Notes: a model not told the origin generated them from the letters alone. 64,000 bases of DNA from Anaerolineales bacterium (GCA_034430615.1 DAOUEJ010000017.1:11079-75078); one strand, 5' to 3'; shown: positions 18,847 through 28,340, numbered from the stretch's first letter. A program made the numbers and translations.

Positions 18847-19764
18847 ATGGCACATTCCCACATGCAAAACATACAGGCAGCTGATAGCATGCCGCACACC
18901 CTCCAGGTTCCCTTCACCATTCGCAATGACGAGTGTGACGCCTACGGTCACCTGAACAACGCCGTCTACCTGCGCTACATGCAGGAGGCCGCTTTTCGCG
19001 CTTCGAGCGATGCCGGGCTGGGACGCGACCAATATGCGGCCATGGGCCGTTACTGGCTGATCCGGGAGACCGAGATCGAGTACCTGCAGGTGCTGCCGGC
19101 CGAGGAGACGATCACCGTCAAGACCTGGAATGAGGGCATGCGGCGCACAACCGCCCGCCGCCGCTACGTTTTCAGCCGGCCAAACCATGATGAACCCGCG
19201 GCGAGCGCCTGGACTGATTGGGTCTACCTCAAACGCGAAACAGGGCAGCCGGCCAGGATCCCTCCCGAGATTCATGACGCATTCTTTCCCGAAACCGGCC
19301 GCGCGCCTGGCTTCACGCGCACACCTTTCCCGCAGGTTCCACCGGCGCCGCCGGGCATATTCCGGCTGGAGCGGCGTGTAGAATGGCGCGATATCGACCC
19401 CATGCAGCATCTCAACAACGCCGCCTACCTCTCGTACGTGGAAGACTGCGCAGTGCAGTTGGCAAACCATTTCGGCTGGTCCTTTGAACAGTGGGGAAAG
19501 CACGGCCTGGCTTTCGTCGCCCGCCAGCACCGCATCCAATACCTGCAGCCTGTGCTACTCGAAGACGAGCTCGAGATCAGCACCTGGCTCTTCAACGTAC
19601 GGCGCACCTCTGCCACCCGCTACTACGCGCTGCGCCGGGCTGCCGATGGCGAATTGATGGCCCAGGTGGTAACACTCTGGGCTCTGATCGATCTGGAGAG
19701 TGGCCGGCCAACTCGCTTCCCGGCCTCCTTCCATGAGGTTATCGGCCCGAACATCGCGGAATAA
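18847..19764 (+). CDS. Tandem hot-dog acyl-ACP/acyl-CoA thioesterase
   Basis: Two 4HBT-like halves, each with D..(G/Q)HLNNA.YL.Y..EA/DC. Confidence 0.85.
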   Translation: MAHSHMQNIQAADSMPHTLQVPFTIRNDECDAYGHLNNAVYLRYMQEAAFRASSDAGLGRDQYAAMGRYWLIRETEIEYLQVLPAEETITVKTWNEGMRRTTARRRYVFSRPNHDEPAASAWTDWVYLKRETGQPARIPPEIHDAFFPETGRAPGFTRTPFPQVPPAPPGIFRLERRVEWRDIDPMQHLNNAAYLSYVEDCAVQLANHFGWSFEQWGKHGLAFVARQHRIQYLQPVLLEDELEISTWLFNVRRTSATRYYALRRAADGELMAQVVTLWALIDLESGRPTRFPASFHEVIGPNIAE

Positions 19765-19769
19765 TGCCT

Positions 19770-19795
19770 GTAGGGAGGCGGCGCCGTGTCCCTAT
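19770..19795. repeat. REP-like palindrome copy a (degenerate)
   Basis: GTAGGGA-GGCGGCGCCGTG-TCCCTAT. Confidence 0.55.
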
Positions 19796-20417
19796 GCGAA
19801 ACGTACCGATAATTCACTTTCTACCCCTGATTGCGCTTGCATTGGGGTTATCAGTTTGCATGGGGGGTTGTTGGCCATCATCGACGGTTGTCAATCATCC
19901 GAGCAACGTGGATCTTGCCACGGTTGCGGCGCGCTATCTGGACGACCATATCTTCGCTCCCACCTTCGGTGGGCACGTTTTCTGCGAAACCGAGATTCTG
20001 CACTTAGAGCGGCAAGGATCGGCGATCAAGGCCTACGTGTGGGCCCTATGCATCGAATATTACAAGGAAGGCCAAACCATGCAGATGGGAACTGCCGTCA
20101 GCGAACCCCTGGTGGTCTACATGATCGAGCATGAGGACAGCACCCTGGCGTCAGGCTTTGCCGAATCCCGCGACGGAGCACTCTTCGCTGAAGATATCCA
20201 GCAGATGTTCCCGGACGAAGCTGTCGAGCGCATGTGCCTGGGTGACATCCCCTGCAGGAATGCGCGCGTTCACCGGCTGGAGGGAGGGATCGCAGAACAG
20301 GTCAGGCGGGCTTATAACCTGCCGATCGCGACTGCACCCTGGAACGAAGGTTTTCGATATTCCCCTTGGCAGCTCATCCTTGCCGTACAAATACATGGCC
20401 CGATGGGTATGGATTAA
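19794..20417 (+). CDS. Hypothetical lipoprotein/exported protein
   Basis: Hydrophobic signal ending MGG-C; globular 207-aa ORF; no family recognised. Confidence 0.65.
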   Translation: MRNVPIIHFLPLIALALGLSVCMGGCWPSSTVVNHPSNVDLATVAARYLDDHIFAPTFGGHVFCETEILHLERQGSAIKAYVWALCIEYYKEGQTMQMGTAVSEPLVVYMIEHEDSTLASGFAESRDGALFAEDIQQMFPDEAVERMCLGDIPCRNARVHRLEGGIAEQVRRAYNLPIATAPWNEGFRYSPWQLILAVQIHGPMGMD

Positions 20418-20421
20418 CGTT

Positions 20422-20449
20422 GTAGGGGCATATCGCGATGTGCCCCTAC
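20422..20449. repeat. REP-like palindrome copy b
   Basis: GTAGGGGCATATCG-CGATGTGCCCCTAC, 28-bp palindrome with one mismatch. Confidence 0.75.
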
Positions 20450-20482
20450 ATTAACCATGGTGAAATAGGCTTCTAACTTGCT

Positions 20483-20511
20483 GTAGCAGGACGGCGGTGC
20501 CGCGCACCTAG
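20483..20511. repeat. REP-like palindrome copy c (degenerate)
   Basis: GTAGCAGGACGGC-GGT-GCCGCGCACCTAG aligns to the same template. Confidence 0.45.
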
Positions 20512-20538
20512 GCGAACAGATAACTGATAATTAAGCAT

Positions 20539-20566
20539 GCAAGGGCGCATGGCCGTGCGCCCTTAC
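20539..20566. repeat. REP-like palindrome copy d
   Basis: GCAAGGGCGCATGG-CCGTGCGCCCTTAC, near-perfect 28-bp palindrome. Confidence 0.7.
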
Positions 20567-20592
20567 GGAGTTGCAAGACTAGGTGGTATGTT

Positions 20593-23500
20593 TTACAGGT
20601 CCAGGTTCGCCATCTGCTCGTAGAATTTCCAGCGAGCGATCACATCCCCGCGCAGCGACTCGAGCAGCATCTCTGCCCGGGCCGGGTCAGCTGCCCGCAG
20701 TGAGCGGAAGCGGTTTTGCTTGTAGGCGAACTCCTCGATGTCCTCCGATGGGGGGCGCGAATCCAGCTGGAGCGGGTTCCTGCCCTCTTCTGTCAGGCGT
20801 GGATCAAAGCGGAAAAGCGGCCAGAAACCACTTTGTTCTGCATCCTTGTGCAGATCGGTTGCGGTCGTCATATCGATACCATGGGCGATGCAATGAGCGT
20901 AGGCGATGATCAGCGACGGTCCATCGTATGCCTCCGCTTCCTGGAAGGCCTTCACCATCTGGGTCATGTTCGCGCCGTAGGCGATTTGGGCAACGTAGAT
21001 ATTCCCATACGACATGGCGATCGCGCCCAGATCTTTCTTAGGCATGTTCTTCCCGGCCGCGGCAAATTTCGCCACCGCACCACGCGGGGTCGCTTTCGAA
21101 GCCTGCCCCCCGGTGTTCGAGTAAACGCCCGTATCCAGCACGAGCACATTGACGTTCCGCCCGGAAGCGAGCACGTGGTCAAGCCCGCCGAAGCCAATGT
21201 CATACGCCCAACCGTCGCCACCCACGATCCAAACCGTTTTCGGCACCAGGAAGTCAACCAGGCTCAGCATCCGCTTGGCAGCTGGGTCCTTACTCTTCTC
21301 GAGTTCGGTTTTCAACCCCTCAACCCGGGCACGTTGCTCTTCAATCGCCTGCGGGTTGTTCAGGTCAGCGGCCAGTATTTCATCTGCCAGTTTCTTGGCG
21401 CCGTTCAGCTTCATCTCTGCCAGACGCTCACGGGCGTTGATCGTCAGCTTGTCAATCGTCAGGCGCATGCCCATGCCGAACTCGGCGTTGTCTTCAAACA
21501 GCGAGTTGGACCAGGTCGGGCCGCGGCCGTCAGCGCGGGTTGCGTAGGGCGTCGTCGGCAGGTTGCCGCCGTAGATGGAAGAACAACCGGTAGCGTTGGC
21601 GATCAGCAGCCGGTCCCCGTAAAGCTGGGTCAGCAGCTTTACATATGGCGTCTCACCACATCCGGCGCAGGCTCCCGAGAATTCAAAGAGCGGTCGCATG
21701 AACTGGGAGCCCTTGGTCGTGTAGCGATTAAAGAGCGCCGGATCGGGATCCGGGATGGCTAGGAAGTAGTCCCACTTCAGCACTTCCTGGTCGCGGATCG
21801 GGGTCTGGGGCTCCATGTTGATCGCTTTTCGATCGGTCTTCTTCCCCTGCTCGTCCTTGGCGTAGGCCGGGCACACATGAACGCAGGTTCCGCAGCCGGT
21901 GCAGTCCTCCGGCGCGACCTGCAGTGTGTAAAGCAGGTCCTCCATCCCGCGCCCCTTGGCGGCAACAGCCTGCCAGCCCTGCGGTGCTTTCCCGTTGTCG
22001 TATCCCATGGGGTAGAGCTTGGGGCGGATGGTGGCATGCGGGCACACCAGGGCGCATTGATTGCACTGGATGCAGACCTCCGGATCCCAGACCGGGATCT
22101 CGAGGGCGATATTGCGCTTCTCGTAGCGGGTCGTGCCGACCGGATACGTGCCGTCATTAGGCAGCAACGAAACGGGGATCGAACTGCCCCGCCCGGCGAT
22201 CATCTCGCCCGTGACGTTGCGGACAAACTCTGGCGCATCTGCCGGGACGGCGGGACGGATATGATGTTTGGATGTAGCCTTGGCCGACAGCTCAATCAGG
22301 TGAATGCGTTCCGAAGCCAGGTTGGCAGCCTTGATGTTCATGTCGACGATGGCCTGGCCCTTGTCGCCGTACGTATCTTCGACAGCCAGGGTCATCATCT
22401 TCAGCGCCTCTTCGTCCGGCAGCACGCCGGATATGCTGAAGAACGCCGACTGCATGATGATGTTGATGCGCCCACCCAGTCCGAGCGAGCGTGCCAGCGA
22501 GTACGCATCGAGAACGTAGAACTTGGCCTTCTTGTCGATCAGCGCCTGCTGAACCTCAAACGGCAGCTGGTCCCAGACCTCCTCTGGAGGATAAGGGCTG
22601 TTGAGGAGGAAGGTCCCATTCTGCTTAAGGTGGCTGAGGATTTCGTAGCGCTCGAGGAAGGGGAACGCATGGCAGGCAAGGAATTCAGCCCGTTTGATGA
22701 GATAGGTCGAGCGGATCGGGTTTGGGCTGAAGCGCAGGTGAGAGATTGTCCTCTGGCCGGACTTCTTCGAGTCGTATTGGAAGTAGCCCTGTGCAAAATA
22801 GTCGGTCGCCTTACCGACGATCTTGATCGAGTTCTTGTTCGCCCCGACGGTACCATCACCGCCAAGGCCGAAGAACATCGCCCTGTGCACACCCTCCGGT
22901 TGGGATTCGTAGTCATCATCCCAGGGCAAACTGCTGCCGGAAAGATCATCGTTGATCCCAACGGTGAAGTGATTACGCGGCTGTGCTGCGGTCAGGTTGT
23001 CGAAGACAGATTTCACCATGCCCGGGTTGAATTCGCTCGAACCCAAGCCATAGCGGCCCCCCACAACAACCGGCATATCAGCCGGCGCGATCTGGCCTGC
23101 CGCCACCGCCTCCGCAATCCCATTCTGAATATCCAGGTAAAGGGGTTCGCCCGAAGCGCCCGGTTCCTTCGTGCGGTCAAGGACGGCGATCCTGCGAGCG
23201 GTCTTGGGCAGCGCCGCCAGGAGCGCAGCGCCATCAAATGGACGGTAGAGGCGGACCTTGATCACGCCAACCTTTTCGCCCTGGCGATTGAGATGCTCTA
23301 CGACCTCGTGTACAGTATCGGCGCCGGATCCCATGATGACGATCACCCGCTCGGCATCCTGCGCACCGATAAAATCGAAGAGGTGGTATTCGCGTCCGAC
23401 GAGTTTGGCAAAGCGATCCATGGCACCCTGCACGATAGACGCAGCTTTTTCGTAGTATGGATTTACTGTCTCGCGCGCTGCGAAGAAAACATCCGGGTTC

Positions 23501-24174
23501 TGGGCTGTTCCCCGGATCGAGGGCCGATCCGGCGAGAGGCCGCGCATGCGGTGGGCGATGATCCATTCATCGTCGATCATGGCCCGCATATCCTCGTCCG
23601 CCAACTTTTCGATTTTCTGAATTTCATGCGAGGTACGGAAACCGTCAAAGAAGTGCAGGAAGGGCACGCGGGCTTCGAGGCTCGCGGCCTGGGCGATCAA
23701 TGCCATGTCCATGACTTCCTGCGGGTTATTGGAGGAGAGCATCCCCCAGCCGGTGGTGCGCGCCGCCATCACGTCCGAATGATCACCGAAGATAGAGAGG
23801 GCCTGTGCGGCAATGGACCGCGCCGCGATGTGAAATACAGTAGGGGTGAGTTCGCCGGCGATCTTGAACATGTTGGGGATCATGAGCAGCAATCCCTGGG
23901 AAGCGGTGAAGGTCGTAGTTAACGCACCCGAGGTTAATGCACCATGTACCGCGCCAGCGGCGCCACCCTCGGCCTGCATTTCGGTTACGTTCGGCACGGT
24001 CCCCCAGATATTGGTCTCGCCATTTGCTGCACGCTCATCAGCAATCTCACCCATCCCGGAGGAGGGCGTGATTGGGTAAATCGCGATCACTTCGTTCGTT
24101 GCATATGCTGCATAGGCCGCAGAGCTGTTACCATCAAAGGGAACGAGCTCGCGGCTGGCTTTCTTCTTCGCCAT
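20593..24174 (-). CDS. nifJ: Pyruvate:ferredoxin (flavodoxin) oxidoreductase
   Basis: YPITPS, EGGAAGA, two 4Fe-4S motifs (CIQCNQCALVCP, CTGCGTCVHVCP), GACAGCGE, GGDGWAYDIG; 1193 aa. Confidence 0.96.
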   Translation of the reverse strand: MAKKKASRELVPFDGNSSAAYAAYATNEVIAIYPITPSSGMGEIADERAANGETNIWGTVPNVTEMQAEGGAAGAVHGALTSGALTTTFTASQGLLLMIPNMFKIAGELTPTVFHIAARSIAAQALSIFGDHSDVMAARTTGWGMLSSNNPQEVMDMALIAQAASLEARVPFLHFFDGFRTSHEIQKIEKLADEDMRAMIDDEWIIAHRMRGLSPDRPSIRGTAQNPDVFFAARETVNPYYEKAASIVQGAMDRFAKLVGREYHLFDFIGAQDAERVIVIMGSGADTVHEVVEHLNRQGEKVGVIKVRLYRPFDGAALLAALPKTARRIAVLDRTKEPGASGEPLYLDIQNGIAEAVAAGQIAPADMPVVVGGRYGLGSSEFNPGMVKSVFDNLTAAQPRNHFTVGINDDLSGSSLPWDDDYESQPEGVHRAMFFGLGGDGTVGANKNSIKIVGKATDYFAQGYFQYDSKKSGQRTISHLRFSPNPIRSTYLIKRAEFLACHAFPFLERYEILSHLKQNGTFLLNSPYPPEEVWDQLPFEVQQALIDKKAKFYVLDAYSLARSLGLGGRINIIMQSAFFSISGVLPDEEALKMMTLAVEDTYGDKGQAIVDMNIKAANLASERIHLIELSAKATSKHHIRPAVPADAPEFVRNVTGEMIAGRGSSIPVSLLPNDGTYPVGTTRYEKRNIALEIPVWDPEVCIQCNQCALVCPHATIRPKLYPMGYDNGKAPQGWQAVAAKGRGMEDLLYTLQVAPEDCTGCGTCVHVCPAYAKDEQGKKTDRKAINMEPQTPIRDQEVLKWDYFLAIPDPDPALFNRYTTKGSQFMRPLFEFSGACAGCGETPYVKLLTQLYGDRLLIANATGCSSIYGGNLPTTPYATRADGRGPTWSNSLFEDNAEFGMGMRLTIDKLTINARERLAEMKLNGAKKLADEILAADLNNPQAIEEQRARVEGLKTELEKSKDPAAKRMLSLVDFLVPKTVWIVGGDGWAYDIGFGGLDHVLASGRNVNVLVLDTGVYSNTGGQASKATPRGAVAKFAAAGKNMPKKDLGAIAMSYGNIYVAQIAYGANMTQMVKAFQEAEAYDGPSLIIAYAHCIAHGIDMTTATDLHKDAEQSGFWPLFRFDPRLTEEGRNPLQLDSRPPSEDIEEFAYKQNRFRSLRAADPARAEMLLESLRGDVIARWKFYEQMANLDL

Positions 24175-24378
24175 GAAGAGCTCCTTTCAACCGGCGTATC
24201 TCTGTTGTCGGTGAAGTTAACGGGGGAATCCTTTGGGCAATCCCCATCAAGTCTAGACAGCTTTGGTTGGGGCCAATAGTGTAGGAGAACACCCTAAACT
24301 GGAGGATAACTGTCACTATTACAAGGGCCCCTTTTCCATGATCCTTAAATGGTCTATGAATTCGCTCCGGGAGGCAGC

Positions 24379-25365
24379 ATGGCAACTTTAAAAACAAGCT
24401 ACATGGGGGTCGAGATCAACTCGCCGCTGGTCGTCGCCGCCAGTTCGATTTCCAGTTTCCTCGACCGCATCAAGCTCGCCGAACAAGCCGGCGCGGGCCT
24501 GCTCGTCATCCGCTCGCTCTTTGAGGAGCAAATTCAACTGGACGCATTAAAGCTCGAAGAAGCGCTCTCGGTGGGCGCCGACAGTTTTGCCGAAGCCTTG
24601 TCCTATTTCCCATCGATCGAGCATGCCGGGGCCGACGAGCATTTGATGTGGATCGAAAAGACACGCGCCGATACCAAGCTCCCGCTCATCGCCAGCTTGA
24701 ACGCCGTGTCGCCCGGTTCCTGGACCCGCTTCGCGAAACAGCTCGAATCAACCGGCGTGGACGGGCTCGAGCTGAACGTTTACGCCGTTGCCGCAGATCC
24801 CAAGGTAGCAGGTGCGCAGATCGAATCGACCCTGTACGAGATCGTCGAGTCGGTCGTCGGCGAGGTGGAGATCCCAGTCTCGGTGAAGTTGAGCCCATTT
24901 TATACCTCGGTCGCAAATGTAGCTGCCGAGTTGGACAAACGTGGCGTCAAGGGACTCGTGCTCTTCAACCGTTTCCTGCAGCCCGATATTGATCCACAGA
25001 GCGAGAAGCTGTCGCTTGAGATGGTCTACAGTTCGGCGGCAGAGCTCAAACTCCCGCTGCGCTGGGTGGCATTGCTATACGGGCGGAATGGCGCGGATCT
25101 GGCGCTGAATACCGGGGTTCATTCTGGCAAAGATGCGGCCAAGGCGCTCCTGGCCGGGGCGCAGATCGTCCAGGTCGCGTCGGCGTTGCTCGAAAATGGA
25201 ATTCCCTACCTCTCCACGATGCTGCGTGAATTGGAGGGCTGGATGGATGAACACGGCTATGAGGCGGTTTCGGATTTCCGAGGAAAGATGAGCCAGAAGA
25301 AGATCGCCGATCCGATCGCTTTCGAACGGGCACAATATGTCAAGCTCCTCATGAGCCAGAAATAA
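24379..25365 (+). CDS. Dihydroorotate dehydrogenase-like FMN protein (DHOD_like type)
   Basis: SPLVVAAS, SLFEEQI, IASLN, ELN, VKLSPF, FNRF.QPDID, TGVH; lacks the catalytic SCPN loop. Confidence 0.85.
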   Translation: MATLKTSYMGVEINSPLVVAASSISSFLDRIKLAEQAGAGLLVIRSLFEEQIQLDALKLEEALSVGADSFAEALSYFPSIEHAGADEHLMWIEKTRADTKLPLIASLNAVSPGSWTRFAKQLESTGVDGLELNVYAVAADPKVAGAQIESTLYEIVESVVGEVEIPVSVKLSPFYTSVANVAAELDKRGVKGLVLFNRFLQPDIDPQSEKLSLEMVYSSAAELKLPLRWVALLYGRNGADLALNTGVHSGKDAAKALLAGAQIVQVASALLENGIPYLSTMLRELEGWMDEHGYEAVSDFRGKMSQKKIADPIAFERAQYVKLLMSQK

Positions 25366-25389
25366 GAGAGAAACTTCGCCAGAAATATT

Positions 25390-25420
25390 AAGGGGTGGTT
25401 CACATGAACCACCCCTTTCG
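25390..25420. terminator. Intrinsic terminator hairpin between convergent genes
   Basis: AAGGGGTGGTTC-acat-GAACCACCCCTT, 12-bp stem. Confidence 0.75.
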
Positions 25421-25450
25421 TATTCTCATTGCGAAATAAATGACCGGGAT

Positions 25451-26452
25451 CTAGAGCACGATCGGGAAGATCAGGTTCATGATCAACCCCAGCACAAACA
25501 GCCCGCCGGCAAGTTTGTTGTGGTAGAAGGCAGCCGAGACAAACCATAAGGGCCAGACCGGGTAATCGGGGGGTGGGGTATCCGGGCGGGGTTCGTTGTA
25601 GATCTTGAGCACCTGGCGTAAGCGTGGCAGGGCGAGCACCACCAGCAGCACCCAGACACCAAGCGTTCCGGTCAGCACAAGTGCCAACACGATCAGGTAA
25701 TACCCGACCATCAAGGCTTGGTTGAGCCAAAGCGAAGCGCGCGCTCCGAACATGACCGGCAAGGTTCGAATGCCCTTCTGCGTGTCGACCTCGATCTTGT
25801 CGATGTGCTTGCCAATCAAGACGGTCGTGACGACCAGGGCATATGGGATGCAGGCCAGCCACACACCCACTGGCGGCAGCTCGCCGGCTGTCACAAAGTA
25901 CGTTCCACCGATCATCAAAGGCCCCCAAACGATGAAGACGGCCGGTTCCCCGAGCCCGTGATGCTTGAGCTTGATCGGTGGGGCGACATAGAACACGCTG
26001 ATGAAGAGACCCGCCAGTGCGAACGCGAGCGACAGCCAGCCAACCGTCACGATGAAGTAGGCCAGGATCAGGGCGTCAACCACGTTCACCACCAAGATGG
26101 CAGATAGCAGCTGGCGCCGGGTCAGTAATCCTGACAGTACGGGGTGGGGTGCATACAGCGCCCGCGTGTACTCGTCATCATCCACGCCGCCTTCCAAGTC
26201 GAAGTAATCATTGATCATGTTGTTGGCAGCGTGCGCCAGGACCAACCCGAGCACCGCCAGCACGGCGTGCAAGTAGTTGGGGTTGGCAGCCAGAGCGGCG
26301 GCCAGCAACGCGCCGATCAGACCCGAGGTGGCCGTCATCGAGAACACCGCTGCCCGGGTGATGATCAACCACTTGCTGACGGTGTCCATCTCCTTCTCGG
26401 GAGATAGGTTGGCGGTATCGATCACTTCTTTCCAATTTGAGAGCAATGACAT
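25451..26452 (-). CDS. UbiA-superfamily prenyltransferase, MenA-like
   Basis: ANNMINDYFD, YVAPP..LK..GLGE, D...D..KG.RTL; multiple TMs. Confidence 0.82.
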   Translation of the reverse strand: MSLLSNWKEVIDTANLSPEKEMDTVSKWLIITRAAVFSMTATSGLIGALLAAALAANPNYLHAVLAVLGLVLAHAANNMINDYFDLEGGVDDDEYTRALYAPHPVLSGLLTRRQLLSAILVVNVVDALILAYFIVTVGWLSLAFALAGLFISVFYVAPPIKLKHHGLGEPAVFIVWGPLMIGGTYFVTAGELPPVGVWLACIPYALVVTTVLIGKHIDKIEVDTQKGIRTLPVMFGARASLWLNQALMVGYYLIVLALVLTGTLGVWVLLVVLALPRLRQVLKIYNEPRPDTPPPDYPVWPLWFVSAAFYHNKLAGGLFVLGLIMNLIFPIVL

Positions 26453-26644
26453 GCTATTTCCTCCAAGGCAATGGTCGCGAGGAAGTCTACCCGTAAGCTT
26501 AGAAGATGTACAGGAACCACGAGGCTGTCGTCTCTGAGGGAGCGTGCAGTGGATGGCCAGCTCTCAGCCTGGTTCGAGGAACGGGGTAGCCCTGCCGATG
26601 GAAGGCCGCATAGAGCATTAGAACCGATCTTGAATGTCGAATGG

Positions 26645-27388
26645 TTATTCCCAGCGGAAAAATCGCGCTGCCAACACTCCGCCCACGAGCGTAATCCCCG
26701 CCAGCACACCGACTTCCAGCCAGTGCTCACTCAGCGGGTCACCGAACCACAACCCGCGCATCAAGCGCACGACGTACGTCAGCGGCAGGAAATTTGAGAT
26801 GCGGCGGATTGAATCAGGGAGGATCTCGATCGGCATCCCAGCCCCCGAGAGGAACATCATCGGGTAGAAGATGACCATGCTCACTACCTGTGCCATCCGA
26901 GCACCGTTGGCTACGCTGGCGATCATGTAGCCGAGTGCGCTCATCGCCAGGGTACTCAGAACGATCGCCAGGAGCACCGCCCAGATCTGGCCGGCGAACT
27001 GAATCTGGAAAAGCACCCACGCCACCCCGCTCACAAGGAGCATGCCAATCACTGTCATCAACAGGTTGGTGCATTGATCGGCCAGGATGTATGTCCAGGG
27101 TTTTAACGGCGTTACACGGAAGCGCCGCAGGATGCCCTGCTCACGATATCCGGCTATCGTGATCGGGACCGACATCAGTCCGATCGTCCCGACAATCAGG
27201 CCGCTGTAGGCGGGCAGCGATACATCCATGCTTCCCCGGCCGCCGAACATCTCTGCCGGTTCGTTGCCAAAGATCGCTCCAAACAAGAGCACCAGCATCG
27301 TTGGAAACGCCAGCGTGAAGAATGCCGCAACCGGTTCTCGTATATAGAGTTTAAACGTCACCCAGGTTAATTGTCTCAGGCCTCGCAT
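26645..27388 (-). CDS. ABC-2 type transporter permease
   Basis: REPVAAFFTLAFP, YREQGILRRFRVTP, PMMFLSG..MP...LP...R.IS.FLPLTY. Confidence 0.9.
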   Translation of the reverse strand: MRGLRQLTWVTFKLYIREPVAAFFTLAFPTMLVLLFGAIFGNEPAEMFGGRGSMDVSLPAYSGLIVGTIGLMSVPITIAGYREQGILRRFRVTPLKPWTYILADQCTNLLMTVIGMLLVSGVAWVLFQIQFAGQIWAVLLAIVLSTLAMSALGYMIASVANGARMAQVVSMVIFYPMMFLSGAGMPIEILPDSIRRISNFLPLTYVVRLMRGLWFGDPLSEHWLEVGVLAGITLVGGVLAARFFRWE

Positions 27389-27390
27389 GT

Positions 27391-28305
27391 TTACTCCCTC
27401 AACTTTCGCCCTGTCAGATGGAGAAAGACATCTTCAAGGGAAGGCTGTTCTGTTCGTAGATCTCGAAAGTCCAAACGCTGATCTTCGAGCTCGGCAACAA
27501 CGCTGCTAATGAAGCGCTCCCCTTTGCCCTGCACCATGACCCGTTCGCCGTTCAACTCGAAGCGGGTCACCCCGGGAAGCTGGTCCAACTGAATATGGGA
27601 GGGATCCGCTCGGGTGTGGAAGATGATGCGCTTCTCTTCATCCAAGGAGTGGATAAGAGCCTCGGGCGAATCGAGCGCGATCAAGGTTCCATGATCGAGG
27701 ATTGCCACCCGGTCACATAGCCGTTCCGCCTCTTCCATGAAATGCGTCGTCAGGAAAACCGTGCAACCCCCCTGGCGCACTTCGCGTACCAAGTCCCACA
27801 TCGCCCGGCGGGCCTGGGGATCGAGCCCCGTGGTCAGTTCATCGAGAAAAACTAACTGCGGCCGGTTGATGAGGGCCAGCGCGATGTATAGCCGCTGCTT
27901 CTGCCCGCCGGATAATTTACCGATCGGAGAATTGCGTTTCTCGCTCAATCCCATCCGCTCGAGCAGTTCATCTCCCGGGACGGGGTCGGGGTAGAGCGCT
28001 CCGAACAGGGCCAGCGCTTCACTCACCCGCAACCTCGGTGGAAGATTCGACTCCTGCAGTTGGACCCCGATCCTCTCCACCATCTTGGGTTGCTCGCGCC
28101 AGGGATCGAACCCGAGCACGGAGAGACGACCGCCATCCGCATGGCGCAGTCCCTCCAGGCATTCAATGCTGGTCGTCTTGCCGGCCCCATTCGGCCCGAC
28201 CATGCCAAAAATCTCCCCCGCGTACACATCGAAGGACAGGTCAACCACCGCCTGAACTTCGCCGTAGCGCTTGCTCATCTGTTCCACTTGCACAATTGCT
28301 TCCAT
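27391..28305 (-). CDS. ABC exporter ATP-binding protein
   Basis: GPNGAGKTT, LSGGQ, FLDELTTGLD, TTH; start ATG 28305. Confidence 0.93.
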   Translation of the reverse strand: MEAIVQVEQMSKRYGEVQAVVDLSFDVYAGEIFGMVGPNGAGKTTSIECLEGLRHADGGRLSVLGFDPWREQPKMVERIGVQLQESNLPPRLRVSEALALFGALYPDPVPGDELLERMGLSEKRNSPIGKLSGGQKQRLYIALALINRPQLVFLDELTTGLDPQARRAMWDLVREVRQGGCTVFLTTHFMEEAERLCDRVAILDHGTLIALDSPEALIHSLDEEKRIIFHTRADPSHIQLDQLPGVTRFELNGERVMVQGKGERFISSVVAELEDQRLDFRDLRTEQPSLEDVFLHLTGRKLRE

Positions 28306-28340
28306 TGAATTACTCCCACACACTCCGTCTCGCGCCAGCA

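Noticed and set aside
20716-23922. Long plus-strand ORFs of 348 and 681 aa
   Set aside because: Antisense shadows of nifJ, with no motifs or SD; long open antisense frames are common at this GC content. The same applies to 3103-5119, 33906-34826, 35958-36908 and similar ORFs.
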